From IMG/VR virus record IMGVR_UViG_3300029705_000015: 64,000 bases of DNA, one strand, 5' to 3'. The notes beneath the pieces were generated by a model. The model made no database searches. It worked only from the letters and a program-made list of their open reading frames with translations, and was not told where the DNA came from. The stretch is from a virus. Lineage: Duplodnaviria; Heunggongvirae; Uroviricota; Caudoviricetes. Positions 54,444-63,933 of this stretch are shown one piece after another; within the stretch, counting starts at the first letter, position 1, and the number at the start of each line of letters is the position of its first letter. The position numbers and the translations under genes are program-made.

Positions 54444-56498
54444 ATGGTAGCAAATAATAACTTGGACTTATCAGCTCTTGATTCATTATCACAAGAAGAG
54501 CGTGAATATGCTCTTAAAGTCCTTGAAGAATACTCACAAGGATCAGCTCAATTATTTGATGAATTGAAGTATGCTGATTATAAAGAGATTCCTGTTGATA
54601 TTGTAACATTTATCAAAGATAATAGATACCTTGGAAGGGCCTGGCACTTGTCTGATGGTAAGTGTAAATTGTTTCCGTTCTGGGAAAGGAAATTACAAGA
54701 GCTCTTTCCAGATAATATTAGTACTGATTACAACACATTCATTGAGTCAGGTGCTCGTGGTTTAGGCAAATCAGAAATCGCAGTTGCAATTTCTTTGTAC
54801 CTGATGCATCGATTGATGTGTTTGAAAGATCCTTATCTAACTCTAAACTTAAAACCTACTGAACAAGTTGCATTTGCATTCATGAACATTACTCAGGATC
54901 TAGCGCTTGATATCGGTATGGTTAAATTTCAGAACACTGTTCAATGCTCTCCGTGGTTTATGGATAGGGGAACAATGTCTGGACTGAAAGTTAAGAAGTG
55001 GAATCCACCTCCATTTATAAATATAATAATCGGTTCTCAATCGAGCGATGTTATTGGTCAAGCTGTATACTATGCATTCTTTGATGAAATTTCTTTCATA
55101 CGAAATCAAGATGTTGAAATTCAGAAAAGAAAAGCACTTGATATGATTGATACCGCCATTGGTGGTATGATGACACGTTTTACAAACAAGGGTAAGAATC
55201 CAACACTGCTTGTTCTAGCTTCTTCGAAAAGATCAGAGAAGTCGTTCATGGAAGAGCATATCAAAAAGAAGTCAAAAACTGACAACATGAATACATTGAT
55301 TGTGGACGAGCCTGTATGGAATGTTCGACCACCAAGTGAGTACTCAGGTAAACGATTCTATGTTGCTCAAGGTAACAGGTTTCTTAACTCTGAAGTACTT
55401 CCATTAGACATTGAAGAAGATGATCTGTCTGTTTGGAGAAACAAAGGATATAGAATTCTTGATGTTCCGATTGAGTATTACTCAAAATTCTTGGAGGAAA
55501 TCGACAGAGCACTTTGTGACTACGCGGGAGTGTCTTCAAGCGATTTACTAACTTATATTAGTGGCTCTCGTCTTGCAGAAACAAAGACAGACAGTTATCA
55601 GAATGCATTCACGAAAGATATTATTGAATGCGGTAACGCTCCTGATGATCATACTCAATACTACAATTATTTTGATCTTGCAAGAATTCCAGCCAAGATG
55701 AAGTCAAAGCCCTTGTATATACATCTTGATATGTCAGTGTCAGGAGACAAAACTGGTATAGCTGGAACTTGGATAGCAGATAAACGTCCCGCTGCAGATG
55801 GCGAGCCTAAATCAAAAGAACTTCACTATCAACTGGCTTTTTCTGTTTCAGTAAAAGCGCCGAAAGGTTATCAAGTTTCTTTTGAAAAGAATAGACAGTT
55901 TATCTACTGGTTAAAAGAACAAGGATTTGTTATTCGTGGCGTGTCTAGTGATACTTATCAAAGTGCGGATCTTAAACAACAGTTGATTTCAAAAGGATAT
56001 GATTTTGAAACAATCTCAGTTGATAGAGTGTCTCCAACAAGTAAGGTTTGTGAGCCTTATCAATATCTAAAAAATACAATCTATGAAAAACGAATCGTAA
56101 TGTACGAATCAGCGCTGTTAACAGAAGAGTTACTTGGCCTTGAAAAGAACAGTAGTAACGGTCGCATTGATCATAGTCCTTTGGGCATCAACAGTAAGGA
56201 CGCTGCTGACGCAGTTTGCGGTTCAGTTTGGAATGCGTCTCGTAACGCTGATGAGTTTGATTACGATTACGGTGAAAATATAGAAACAATGACTGCTGTA
56301 AGCGGGGGAGAGAGTTACGACAGCGCTGTTCATCAGTTAGCTGTTGACTTTGAAGCTGAAATGCAGAAACTGTTGGATCCTGTAAAACCAACAGTTACAA
56401 AACAAGAAACACAAGAAAATGTTCACACTGATTTTGGACTCGGAATAGCGCAGCCTGTTTATAGTCCTCTTGTATCAGACGGAATCATTATTTGGTGA
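54444..56498 (+). CDS. terL: terminase large subunit
   Basis: Walker A GARGLGKS, Walker B AFFDEI, nuclease IHLDMS...D..G and DH...SKDAADA. Confidence 0.92.
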   Translation: MVANNNLDLSALDSLSQEEREYALKVLEEYSQGSAQLFDELKYADYKEIPVDIVTFIKDNRYLGRAWHLSDGKCKLFPFWERKLQELFPDNISTDYNTFIESGARGLGKSEIAVAISLYLMHRLMCLKDPYLTLNLKPTEQVAFAFMNITQDLALDIGMVKFQNTVQCSPWFMDRGTMSGLKVKKWNPPPFINIIIGSQSSDVIGQAVYYAFFDEISFIRNQDVEIQKRKALDMIDTAIGGMMTRFTNKGKNPTLLVLASSKRSEKSFMEEHIKKKSKTDNMNTLIVDEPVWNVRPPSEYSGKRFYVAQGNRFLNSEVLPLDIEEDDLSVWRNKGYRILDVPIEYYSKFLEEIDRALCDYAGVSSSDLLTYISGSRLAETKTDSYQNAFTKDIIECGNAPDDHTQYYNYFDLARIPAKMKSKPLYIHLDMSVSGDKTGIAGTWIADKRPAADGEPKSKELHYQLAFSVSVKAPKGYQVSFEKNRQFIYWLKEQGFVIRGVSSDTYQSADLKQQLISKGYDFETISVDRVSPTSKVCEPYQYLKNTIYEKRIVMYESALLTEELLGLEKNSSNGRIDHSPLGINSKDAADAVCGSVWNASRNADEFDYDYGENIETMTAVSGGESYDSAVHQLAVDFEAEMQKLLDPVKPTVTKQETQENVHTDFGLGIAQPVYSPLVSDGIIIW

Positions 56499-56507
56499 GG
56501 ATGTTGA

Positions 56508-58349
56508 ATGGATAAAGATACAATTAGAAATAGTGCGTTTCCAGAACAGGATCCTGCGCTTTTTGATAAAAAAGTAAAACCTGTTCCAGTTCCACAGCAT
56601 GAAATAGGTATTGACTTAGATAACAGAGTGCTTGACAATGTTGTTGAAACAATGCAAACAAGTCAGTTCGATGTTAACTCGTTGAACTCTTTTACTCAAG
56701 TATCTAGAAGTAGAAACGAAATCTACGATACGTTAGATGATATGGGTGATGATTCAATCATTGCAGCTGTACTGGAAACTTATGCAGAAGATGCCACTGA
56801 AACAAATGATGCGGGCGCAATTGTTTGGGCGGAGTCAAGTGACAGTGAGGCTCTTAAATTTGTAACATATCTTTTGAACGCACTAAATGTTGACAAGAAT
56901 GTTTACAAGTGGACTTACAGTTTATGTAAGTATGGAGATGTTTATCTCCGACTGTATAGAGAGTCAGAATATGACGATCTACTGTTCGACAAGCCAAAAG
57001 CTAAACAGAATCTGAATGAAGATGTTAAGATCATGGCTTACAGTAAACATGATAATTATGTTCACTACTTAGAGCAGATGCCAAATCCTGCACAAGTGTT
57101 TGAGCTTACAAGATTTGGTAAAACTGCAGCATATATTAAAACCGATATTGAGTCAACAAGACAGAATAAAGATAGTTATTCAATGTCGTCTATCTTTAAC
57201 AAATATTCCTTTAACAAGAATGATGTGGAACTATATCCTCCCACTGAATTTGTTCATGCTTGTTTAGAAGATAACAGCAGTAGAACTCCTGAAGAAGTGG
57301 AGTTGTTTGTAAGTGACGACAAGTCTATCAGTTACAATGTAAAGAGAGGACAATCCTTACTTTATAGTACATATAAGATTTGGCGCCAACTTATGTTGTT
57401 GGAAAACTCAGTTCTATTGAACAGAGTTACACAATCCTCCATTGTTCGTGTTATAGGCGTTGAAGTTGGGGATATGCCGAAGGAAAATGTACAACCTCAC
57501 TTGATGAGCGTAAAGCAACTTATTGAGCAGAAAGCAGCTCTTGATGTTGGCAAGTCGATGGGGGAATATACAAACCCAGGCCCCGTGGCTAACAATGTTT
57601 ACATCCCAACAAGAAATCAACAAGGTGTTATTACAACACAACAGATTGGTGGAGATGTAAAGATTGGTGATCTTGCAGATTTGTCTTACTATCAAGATAA
57701 ATTTTTCGGCAACCTTCGTGTCCCTAAACAATATTTTGGTGTAACGGATGACAATGCAGGATTTAGCGGTGGACAATCACTATCAATTATTTCTTCTAGA
57801 TACGCAAAAATGATCAAGCGCATTCAGAACACAATCATTCAGATGTTAACTGATGCAATCAATTTGATACTGATTGACACAGGAAATGATGCATATATCA
57901 ACAAGTTTACGCTCAAGATGCAAGCTCCTACAACTCAGGAGGAAGTCGATCGTAGAGATAACTTGAGCAATAAAGTTGGACTTGTTAGAGACATCATGGA
58001 TACATTGGCAGATGTTGAGAATACAACAACTAAATTGAAGATCTTGAAATCCTTGCTCAGTAACACCATCTCTGATACGGATGTTATTCAGTTGATTCAA
58101 GAAGAAATTGAAGCACTAGAGGCTCTCGAAGACGAAAGTGATCCTGAGGATATTACAACGGATGAAGATGCTTTCGGTGATGAGCCGCTTGACTTCGGAT
58201 CCGGCGGTTCCGATCTTGATATGTCGTTTGATACCTCTTCAACTACAGACACGGAAGTGACTGATGATTCGGAAGATGATACATTGCCTACTCCTGATGA
58301 GCTTGATATTGGAGATGTATCAGATGCTACTAATCCAAATCTGGATTAA
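56508..58349 (+). CDS. portal protein (T4 gp20-like)
   Basis: KYGD.Y, WRQL.LLE....L.R...R..V.VG.MP, D..YY..K....L.VP, FA/YAK.I.RIQ; follows the terminase. Confidence 0.88.
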   Translation: MDKDTIRNSAFPEQDPALFDKKVKPVPVPQHEIGIDLDNRVLDNVVETMQTSQFDVNSLNSFTQVSRSRNEIYDTLDDMGDDSIIAAVLETYAEDATETNDAGAIVWAESSDSEALKFVTYLLNALNVDKNVYKWTYSLCKYGDVYLRLYRESEYDDLLFDKPKAKQNLNEDVKIMAYSKHDNYVHYLEQMPNPAQVFELTRFGKTAAYIKTDIESTRQNKDSYSMSSIFNKYSFNKNDVELYPPTEFVHACLEDNSSRTPEEVELFVSDDKSISYNVKRGQSLLYSTYKIWRQLMLLENSVLLNRVTQSSIVRVIGVEVGDMPKENVQPHLMSVKQLIEQKAALDVGKSMGEYTNPGPVANNVYIPTRNQQGVITTQQIGGDVKIGDLADLSYYQDKFFGNLRVPKQYFGVTDDNAGFSGGQSLSIISSRYAKMIKRIQNTIIQMLTDAINLILIDTGNDAYINKFTLKMQAPTTQEEVDRRDNLSNKVGLVRDIMDTLADVENTTTKLKILKSLLSNTISDTDVIQLIQEEIEALEALEDESDPEDITTDEDAFGDEPLDFGSGGSDLDMSFDTSSTTDTEVTDDSEDDTLPTPDELDIGDVSDATNPNLD

Positions 58350-58488
58350 AGATCTTCCTAAACTACAAGAGAAAATGAGGAGATTTTTGTTTTAACCTTC
58401 TCCTCTTATACAACTTATTATGTGCAGTTTGCGCCTTAGCGCAACTTGTTTAGCCAGTAATAACTGGGAAAGGAAATTGTATATAATT

Positions 58489-58953
58489 ATGATAACAAGA
58501 AGAGACTGTATTCTTTTACTTTCTGAACTATCTAGTCGTGGAATTGACACATCTGTGATGCTGCAGAAGGCAGTAAAAAGTTCAGAAGTCGATATTGCTG
58601 TTGTTAAATTCATCAACGATCATAGACCATTTGATGCAAATTTGTTCTATGATAAACTTAGAAAAAGTTACAATCATAAAAGATCAAATCTTTACAAAAA
58701 CATTGTCACTTGTGATGAAACAGACTGTTCTCATTCAGTACTAACAACATTGGCAGCACTAAACTTACAGATACTTCTTTACATGAATAATGTTGAAGAT
58801 ACAAAGATGTTCATGTCGCATACAAGAATGGAAGAAATAAATCAAGTTCTACTGAACTATAGTAGAACATATGATCTGGTTCCATGTATCAAAGTTTTAC
58901 AGATTATCAAAGCCGATCTGAAGGCATTTGAATACATTAGTAAAAATATTTGA
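58489..58953 (+). CDS. hypothetical protein in the head module
   Basis: Likely start ATG 58489, between portal and protease. Confidence 0.6.
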   Translation: MITRRDCILLLSELSSRGIDTSVMLQKAVKSSEVDIAVVKFINDHRPFDANLFYDKLRKSYNHKRSNLYKNIVTCDETDCSHSVLTTLAALNLQILLYMNNVEDTKMFMSHTRMEEINQVLLNYSRTYDLVPCIKVLQIIKADLKAFEYISKNI

Positions 58954-59061
58954 TAACTGTATTCAAAATAAATTAAGTCAGATAATAAGCGCTAAATTGT
59001 ATAACATTTTATCAAAAGAATTAGTATGCTTTGCTGTACTTAGGAACAGGTAGGTTGTATT

Positions 59062-60630
59062 ATGTTAGAACATTACAATGTGAATAACGAAATGCAGTAC
59101 CAGAAACTGACTGCCGAAGAACAGCGTGAGCGTGGTATCCTTGGCAGACTTGTTGGTATAATTGCAGATTTCAAAAATGCTACCAGAAATGGTCGTAGAT
59201 ATACAGAAGAGCTTTGGGATAAAACTTTCAACAATCCTTTGATTAGAGAAAAATTTGAAAACAGATGCTTGTTCGGTGAATTAGGTCATCCTGTTGACAG
59301 ACAGGAAGTAGATATGGAAAAAGTTTGTATCTGCTTAGCCGAACCTCCCAAGAAAGGCAATGACGGAAAACTTTATGGTGTGTTTGATATTCTTGATACT
59401 CCTAACGGACGTATCTTGAAAACATTCTGTGATTATGGTACACGAATTGGTGTGTCAAGTCGTGGCTCCGGTGACACATTTGAAGACTACGATGGTGGTG
59501 AAACTGTTGACGCTGACACATATGATTGTGAGTGCTGGGATGCAGTTCTTCTACCGGCTGTGAAAACTGCACGACTTGCAGTTGTTAATGAGTCACTAGA
59601 TACAAATAAAGTTAATTTGAAGAAAGCTTTACAAGAAGCACTTGAAAGCTCAACTGAGGATGAAAAGAAAATCATGATGAAAACTCTGGATGATCTAAAA
59701 GTTGATTATACAGAAGAAAATACCAGTGCAGTTGAAGAATCAACTGCTACTGATAATATACCAAGTGAATCTGAAATTCAAGAAGGAACCGAAGTGGCAG
59801 CCGAAGATAACGGAGCCGATGAGTTAGTTCAAGAATTACAAGAAGCACTTAAAGCACAGCAAGAACTTGAGCAGAAAGTAAAATCGTTACAAGAAAAGTT
59901 ATCAGTTTGTTATACGAAGGAAGCTCGGTATAGTGCGGTTTTAGGACAAACAAAACAAGACCTTGCTGAAGCACAAGATGAAAACAGAAAGCTTGTGGAG
60001 CAGTTGGAAACAAAAGTTGCAGAAAATGCAACTGCACAAAATACAATTGCAGAACATCAAGCAACAATTAGCTCTTTGAAAGAGCGACTTGGAGTTGGTA
60101 GAGGTAAGAATCAACAGTTAACAGAAAGTTTAACAGCAAGAGATTCTGAAATCAAGAAACTTCAAGGCACAATCAAGTCCTTACAAGAAGGCTTCGATAA
60201 GAAGCTTGCTGATAAGGAAACTGAATGTGAAAAACTTACTGAAGCACTTGCTGAAAGTAAGAAAGACTCTCAGATTATTCGTAGTCAAGCTTCCGCAAAA
60301 ATAGTTCGAGCACAAGAGTTAACTGAAAAGTACAAGACTATTGCTAAAACAGCAGTGGAAAGATATATCAGTTCTCAAGCTAGTCGTATCGGAGTGTCAG
60401 TTGATGACATCAAGAAACGACTGAACGAAAATTATTCATTCAATGATATTGATCATGTTTGCGAAGATCTTCGGAAGTATAAGTTAACTGTTAATGCCCT
60501 TCCTTTCAATGTAGGTAAAGCCCCAGTTAAAATGACTATCAAAGAATCAAGAGAAGTTATTAGTTCTGCTCACAATGATGACAGAATTGATGATGAAGTT
60601 GATACAACATTAAACAACTTCTTAGCATAA
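59062..60630 (+). CDS. prohead protease (T4 gp21-like) fused to a coiled-coil scaffold
   Basis: RNGRRY, GELGHP, LDTPNG.I and GVSSRGSG motifs, then about 300 aa of coiled coil. Confidence 0.9.
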   Translation: MLEHYNVNNEMQYQKLTAEEQRERGILGRLVGIIADFKNATRNGRRYTEELWDKTFNNPLIREKFENRCLFGELGHPVDRQEVDMEKVCICLAEPPKKGNDGKLYGVFDILDTPNGRILKTFCDYGTRIGVSSRGSGDTFEDYDGGETVDADTYDCECWDAVLLPAVKTARLAVVNESLDTNKVNLKKALQEALESSTEDEKKIMMKTLDDLKVDYTEENTSAVEESTATDNIPSESEIQEGTEVAAEDNGADELVQELQEALKAQQELEQKVKSLQEKLSVCYTKEARYSAVLGQTKQDLAEAQDENRKLVEQLETKVAENATAQNTIAEHQATISSLKERLGVGRGKNQQLTESLTARDSEIKKLQGTIKSLQEGFDKKLADKETECEKLTEALAESKKDSQIIRSQASAKIVRAQELTEKYKTIAKTAVERYISSQASRIGVSVDDIKKRLNENYSFNDIDHVCEDLRKYKLTVNALPFNVGKAPVKMTIKESREVISSAHNDDRIDDEVDTTLNNFLA

Positions 60631-60668
60631 AGTTAAAACAAAATATTATTTATAGTTGGAGATATATC

Positions 60669-61955
60669 ATGGCTACAAAAAGTCTTTTTGAAGCTTACAA
60701 GAATCGTCTAGCTGTTGCTAATACTGTGTATGGTAAAATGCACGGTGGTGAGGCAATGAGCCAGAATCGTAAGCTCGTTGTTGCAAAATGTCTCGAGAAT
60801 ACAAATAAGTTTATGAACGAGGCATTTGATCAGTCCGTTGGTACTCAGAGAAGTGACATGGGTATGTTCAAGAAATTTGCTTTGAACTTAACTACTGTTG
60901 CTCTGCCTAACTTGATTGCTCATGATCTTGTTATTGTGCATCCTATGAGCTCTATGTCTGGTTACATCACCTACATTGAGTATCAGTATGCTTCTAACAA
61001 GGGCGCAACTGCTCAGGGTAATCTGATTAGCAATCCTTTCGGCTTCGGTGATGTTGATACCGCATTTACTGGTGCTGCTGTTGTTGAAGACATCGTTACG
61101 GATGACGCTGGTAAGATCAAGTTCGCTTGGACTCCTGTTCTTCCTAAGAGTGTTCAGGTTGAGACCGCTGATGGTTGGGTAGCAGTTGAGGCTGCTGAGG
61201 ATGGCACATTTGCTGCTCCTGAAGGCGCTACTCGTGTTAAGTACCTCTACAACAACATTGTTGTTCCTCAGAACGATCTGCCTATGATCAAGGCTGAGAT
61301 GAAGTCCATCTCCTTGGTTGCTAAGGCACGTAGAATTGCTGTTTACTACAGCCAGATTGCTGCTTACCAAGCAAAGACCGATTACGGTGTGGATCTGGGC
61401 GATCAGCTCGCTGAGAAGGCTGTTGGTGAGCTTTCCTACGAAATTGACACAGAAATCACAAACATGCTCGTTGAGAATGCTGCTGAAGATGCTGAGCTCG
61501 TTTGGAGCAAGACTCTTCCTGTTGGTGTTTCCAAAGCTGAGCACTACGAAGGTTTCGCAGAAATTCTTGAGATTGCTAAGCAGAAGATCTACGATGCAAC
61601 CAAGAAGTTTGCTCCTAACTATGTGATCTGTGCTTCTAACTTGCTTCCTGTTCTCTCCGTTGTTAAGAGCTGGAATGCTGCTCCTGCAGGTCAGATCAAT
61701 GGTCCTTACTTCGCTGGTACTATCAATGGTTTGAAAGTTTTCGTAACTCCTAACATTGAGGCTGGTAAGTTTGTTGTTGGTTGCAATGGCAACGATATGA
61801 TGTCTTCTGCAGCTGTTTATGCACCTTACATGGCAATTGTTCCTACTCAGTTGCTCGGTTATGCTGATGGTGGTATGAGCCAAGGCTGGTCCACTCTGTA
61901 TGATCTGAAGATGCTGAACAAGAACTTGCTTGTTGCAGGTCGTGTTACTGCTTAA
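60669..61955 (+). CDS. major capsid protein (T4 gp23-like)
   Basis: VHPMSSMSG.I, AKARRI...YGVD....L......EID.EI, YAPY; strongly biased codon usage. Confidence 0.92.
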   Translation: MATKSLFEAYKNRLAVANTVYGKMHGGEAMSQNRKLVVAKCLENTNKFMNEAFDQSVGTQRSDMGMFKKFALNLTTVALPNLIAHDLVIVHPMSSMSGYITYIEYQYASNKGATAQGNLISNPFGFGDVDTAFTGAAVVEDIVTDDAGKIKFAWTPVLPKSVQVETADGWVAVEAAEDGTFAAPEGATRVKYLYNNIVVPQNDLPMIKAEMKSISLVAKARRIAVYYSQIAAYQAKTDYGVDLGDQLAEKAVGELSYEIDTEITNMLVENAAEDAELVWSKTLPVGVSKAEHYEGFAEILEIAKQKIYDATKKFAPNYVICASNLLPVLSVVKSWNAAPAGQINGPYFAGTINGLKVFVTPNIEAGKFVVGCNGNDMMSSAAVYAPYMAIVPTQLLGYADGGMSQGWSTLYDLKMLNKNLLVAGRVTA

Positions 61956-61979
61956 TCAGTAAGATACAACAAGTTAAAC

Positions 61980-62017
61980 AATACGGAGGAGGAAATGAAT
62001 CCTCCTCCGTATTTTTA
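61980..62017 (+). terminator. intrinsic terminator after the MCP gene
   Basis: AATACGGAGGAGGA/TCCTCCTCCGTATT plus TTT. Confidence 0.85.
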
Positions 62018-62175
62018 GTATATGAGAACCAATCGTTGTAACTTAACTGTTATGTATTCTCATGTATATAATAATGAAGAAATCATGGCAGTTTGAGGAT
62101 TGTTGTTATTTCTTACTACGATAATATATTAACAATGTATAGTATTCAACTACTATATAGGAAAGTAGCAACACA

Positions 62176-62658
62176 ATGGAATTAACTGCACAAAATATCG
62201 GAATGGTCATTCTTGTGCTTGTTGTTATGATCCCTCAGATCATTAAAGGTGTGACATGGATCATCAATGTTTGTAAACAACATAAGAAAAATCAACAAGA
62301 TGCATTTGAAGCGGGACAGGAAGCTCAAGCTGAAGACGATGCTGTTGAAGATCGTTTCGTGGCGGGTGAAGAAAAGATCGAAAATTTGATTGAAGAGGAA
62401 AACAAGATTCTACAGTCACTTGACTCAATCAAGCAGTGTCTTGAGTGGTTAAATGAATCAGATAACCTGAATATCAAATATGTCATAAAAAGATCTTGGG
62501 AACAATCAGTTCAACAAGGAAAACCTCTTGACCACTATGAGTTTGAATTACTTGAACATCGATATGCAATTTACAGAATGCGTGGTGGTAACTCTTGGGC
62601 AGAAGGAATGATGAATGATATTCGCGATGCAAGAAAGCGTCATTTCAATCAAAATTGA
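62176..62658 (+). CDS. membrane-anchored protein, possible holin/antiholin
   Basis: N-terminal TM segment, coiled coil, C-terminal Y..Y...GGNS motif. Confidence 0.55.
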   Translation: MELTAQNIGMVILVLVVMIPQIIKGVTWIINVCKQHKKNQQDAFEAGQEAQAEDDAVEDRFVAGEEKIENLIEEENKILQSLDSIKQCLEWLNESDNLNIKYVIKRSWEQSVQQGKPLDHYEFELLEHRYAIYRMRGGNSWAEGMMNDIRDARKRHFNQN

Positions 62659-62663
62659 TTTCA

Positions 62664-62694
62664 AGTTGAATTAAAAATTTTACATCTATATAAT
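62664..62694 (+). promoter_or_regulatory. sigmaA-type promoter whose -10 lies in a hairpin arm
   Basis: AG-TTGAAT-N17-TATAAT. Confidence 0.65.
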
Positions 62695-62716
62695 ACGAAC
62701 GAAGTGAGTATTATAT
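62688..62716. other. DNA hairpin with tandem G.A pairs and a GAA loop
   Basis: ATATAATAC-GA-AC-GAA-GT-GA-GTATTATAT. Confidence 0.7.
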
Positions 62717-62827
62717 TATTTGTAGTAAATATAAGTAAGTGACTTGTAGTCACTAATTGTATATAACAATATATAACTATAGAGTTGTATACATACTGAA
62801 AAACTAATTTTCTTAGGAGAATCTAAT

Positions 62828-63139
62828 ATGTTTGTATATCAGAATGCAGAACGCGATATCTGCGTTACATTCGAGAGCAACAAACCTGTTGCAAATCCTG
62901 AGTATGTTATCAGAATTGATCATGCTAAGGGAACAATTAGTGTTAACGGTCAGGTTATGGCTGCTCGTGAAGATGCTCCTGCTGAGGATGTTACTGATAA
63001 TGTAACAGAGCCTGAACAGGAACCTACCGATCCAGTTGAAGACGGTGAAGAGGAATCAGTAACTGATCCTGATACAACAGTTGATGGTGACGAGGGAGAC
63101 GAAACTGACACCGGTGATGACGAGACCGAAACTGAGTAA
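62828..63139 (+). CDS. small protein with acidic tail
   Basis: AGGAG RBS; D/E/T-rich C-terminus. Confidence 0.6.
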   Translation: MFVYQNAERDICVTFESNKPVANPEYVIRIDHAKGTISVNGQVMAAREDAPAEDVTDNVTEPEQEPTDPVEDGEEESVTDPDTTVDGDEGDETDTGDDETETE

Positions 63140-63145
63140 TCCATG

Positions 63146-63192
63146 ATAATGAGCTTGTTGTTTCGTGTTATATGAATCGACAAGCTCATTAT
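63146..63192 (+). terminator. long hairpin (terminator or RNA structure)
   Basis: ATAATGAGCTTGT/ACAAGCTCATTAT outer stem, extendable with G-U pairs. Confidence 0.55.
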
Positions 63193-63210
63193 TACTTGTG
63201 AGGTGAGTTA

Positions 63211-63933
63211 TTGATGGATATGCAAGCTATCAAAGAAGAAATCCAGTTAAAACTCACTGGTGATGTTCTTGATATGGAATTGTCTGATGCTTCTCTAACA
63301 AAAATTGTTAATTCAAGTTTAAGAGAGATTCAGAGATATATAGATACTGTTGTAATCGAAACAATTCCTTTTTCAAAATGCATTGATATGACTCAATGTA
63401 AACATAAGGTTAGTGCTGTTATCGGAGTTCGACGTGCAGAAGGATACATGGTTGAGCAGGATTCAACTGGTCAAGCTGTTATGGATCCAATGTACGCAAG
63501 CCAATGGCAGATTTTGTCTGGATTAGGAAATGTTAGAAACCTAACAGACTATGCGTATAACTACGCATCATGGAATACAATTCTACAAATCAAGAATACA
63601 ACATCAACTGATCTTGCATTTAATTATGACAAGATGAGTGAGAAGTTGTATGTCAATGTTGCATCTAACTTACCAGAAACGATAACTGTTATCTATGTTC
63701 CTCGTTTTGATGATGTTTCACAGATAACATCGGATTTTTGGATTGATGTACTTATTCGACATGCAGTAGCTCAAACAAAGGTTGTTGTTGGTCGTGTTAG
63801 AACTAAATTCAAACAGTCTAATGCCTTGTGGGTTTTGGACGGAGACACATTGTTGCAAGAAGGTACTACTGAGCTTACTGCACTTCGTGAAGAGCTTAAA
63901 GCAAGTACACAACTTGTTTACGGTATTGATTAA
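63211..63933 (+). CDS. neck/head-completion protein (T4 gp13-like)
   Basis: I...L.G....EL; W......A..K...G..R.KF......LDG..L..EG..E...L.EEL. Confidence 0.7.
   Translation: MMDMQAIKEEIQLKLTGDVLDMELSDASLTKIVNSSLREIQRYIDTVVIETIPFSKCIDMTQCKHKVSAVIGVRRAEGYMVEQDSTGQAVMDPMYASQWQILSGLGNVRNLTDYAYNYASWNTILQIKNTTSTDLAFNYDKMSEKLYVNVASNLPETITVIYVPRFDDVSQITSDFWIDVLIRHAVAQTKVVVGRVRTKFKQSNALWVLDGDTLLQEGTTELTALREELKASTQLVYGID

Noticed and set aside
60888-61883. 331-aa antisense ORF over the capsid gene
   Set aside because: Explained by strong codon bias in the MCP gene, which depletes stops on the opposite strand; no recognisable motifs.
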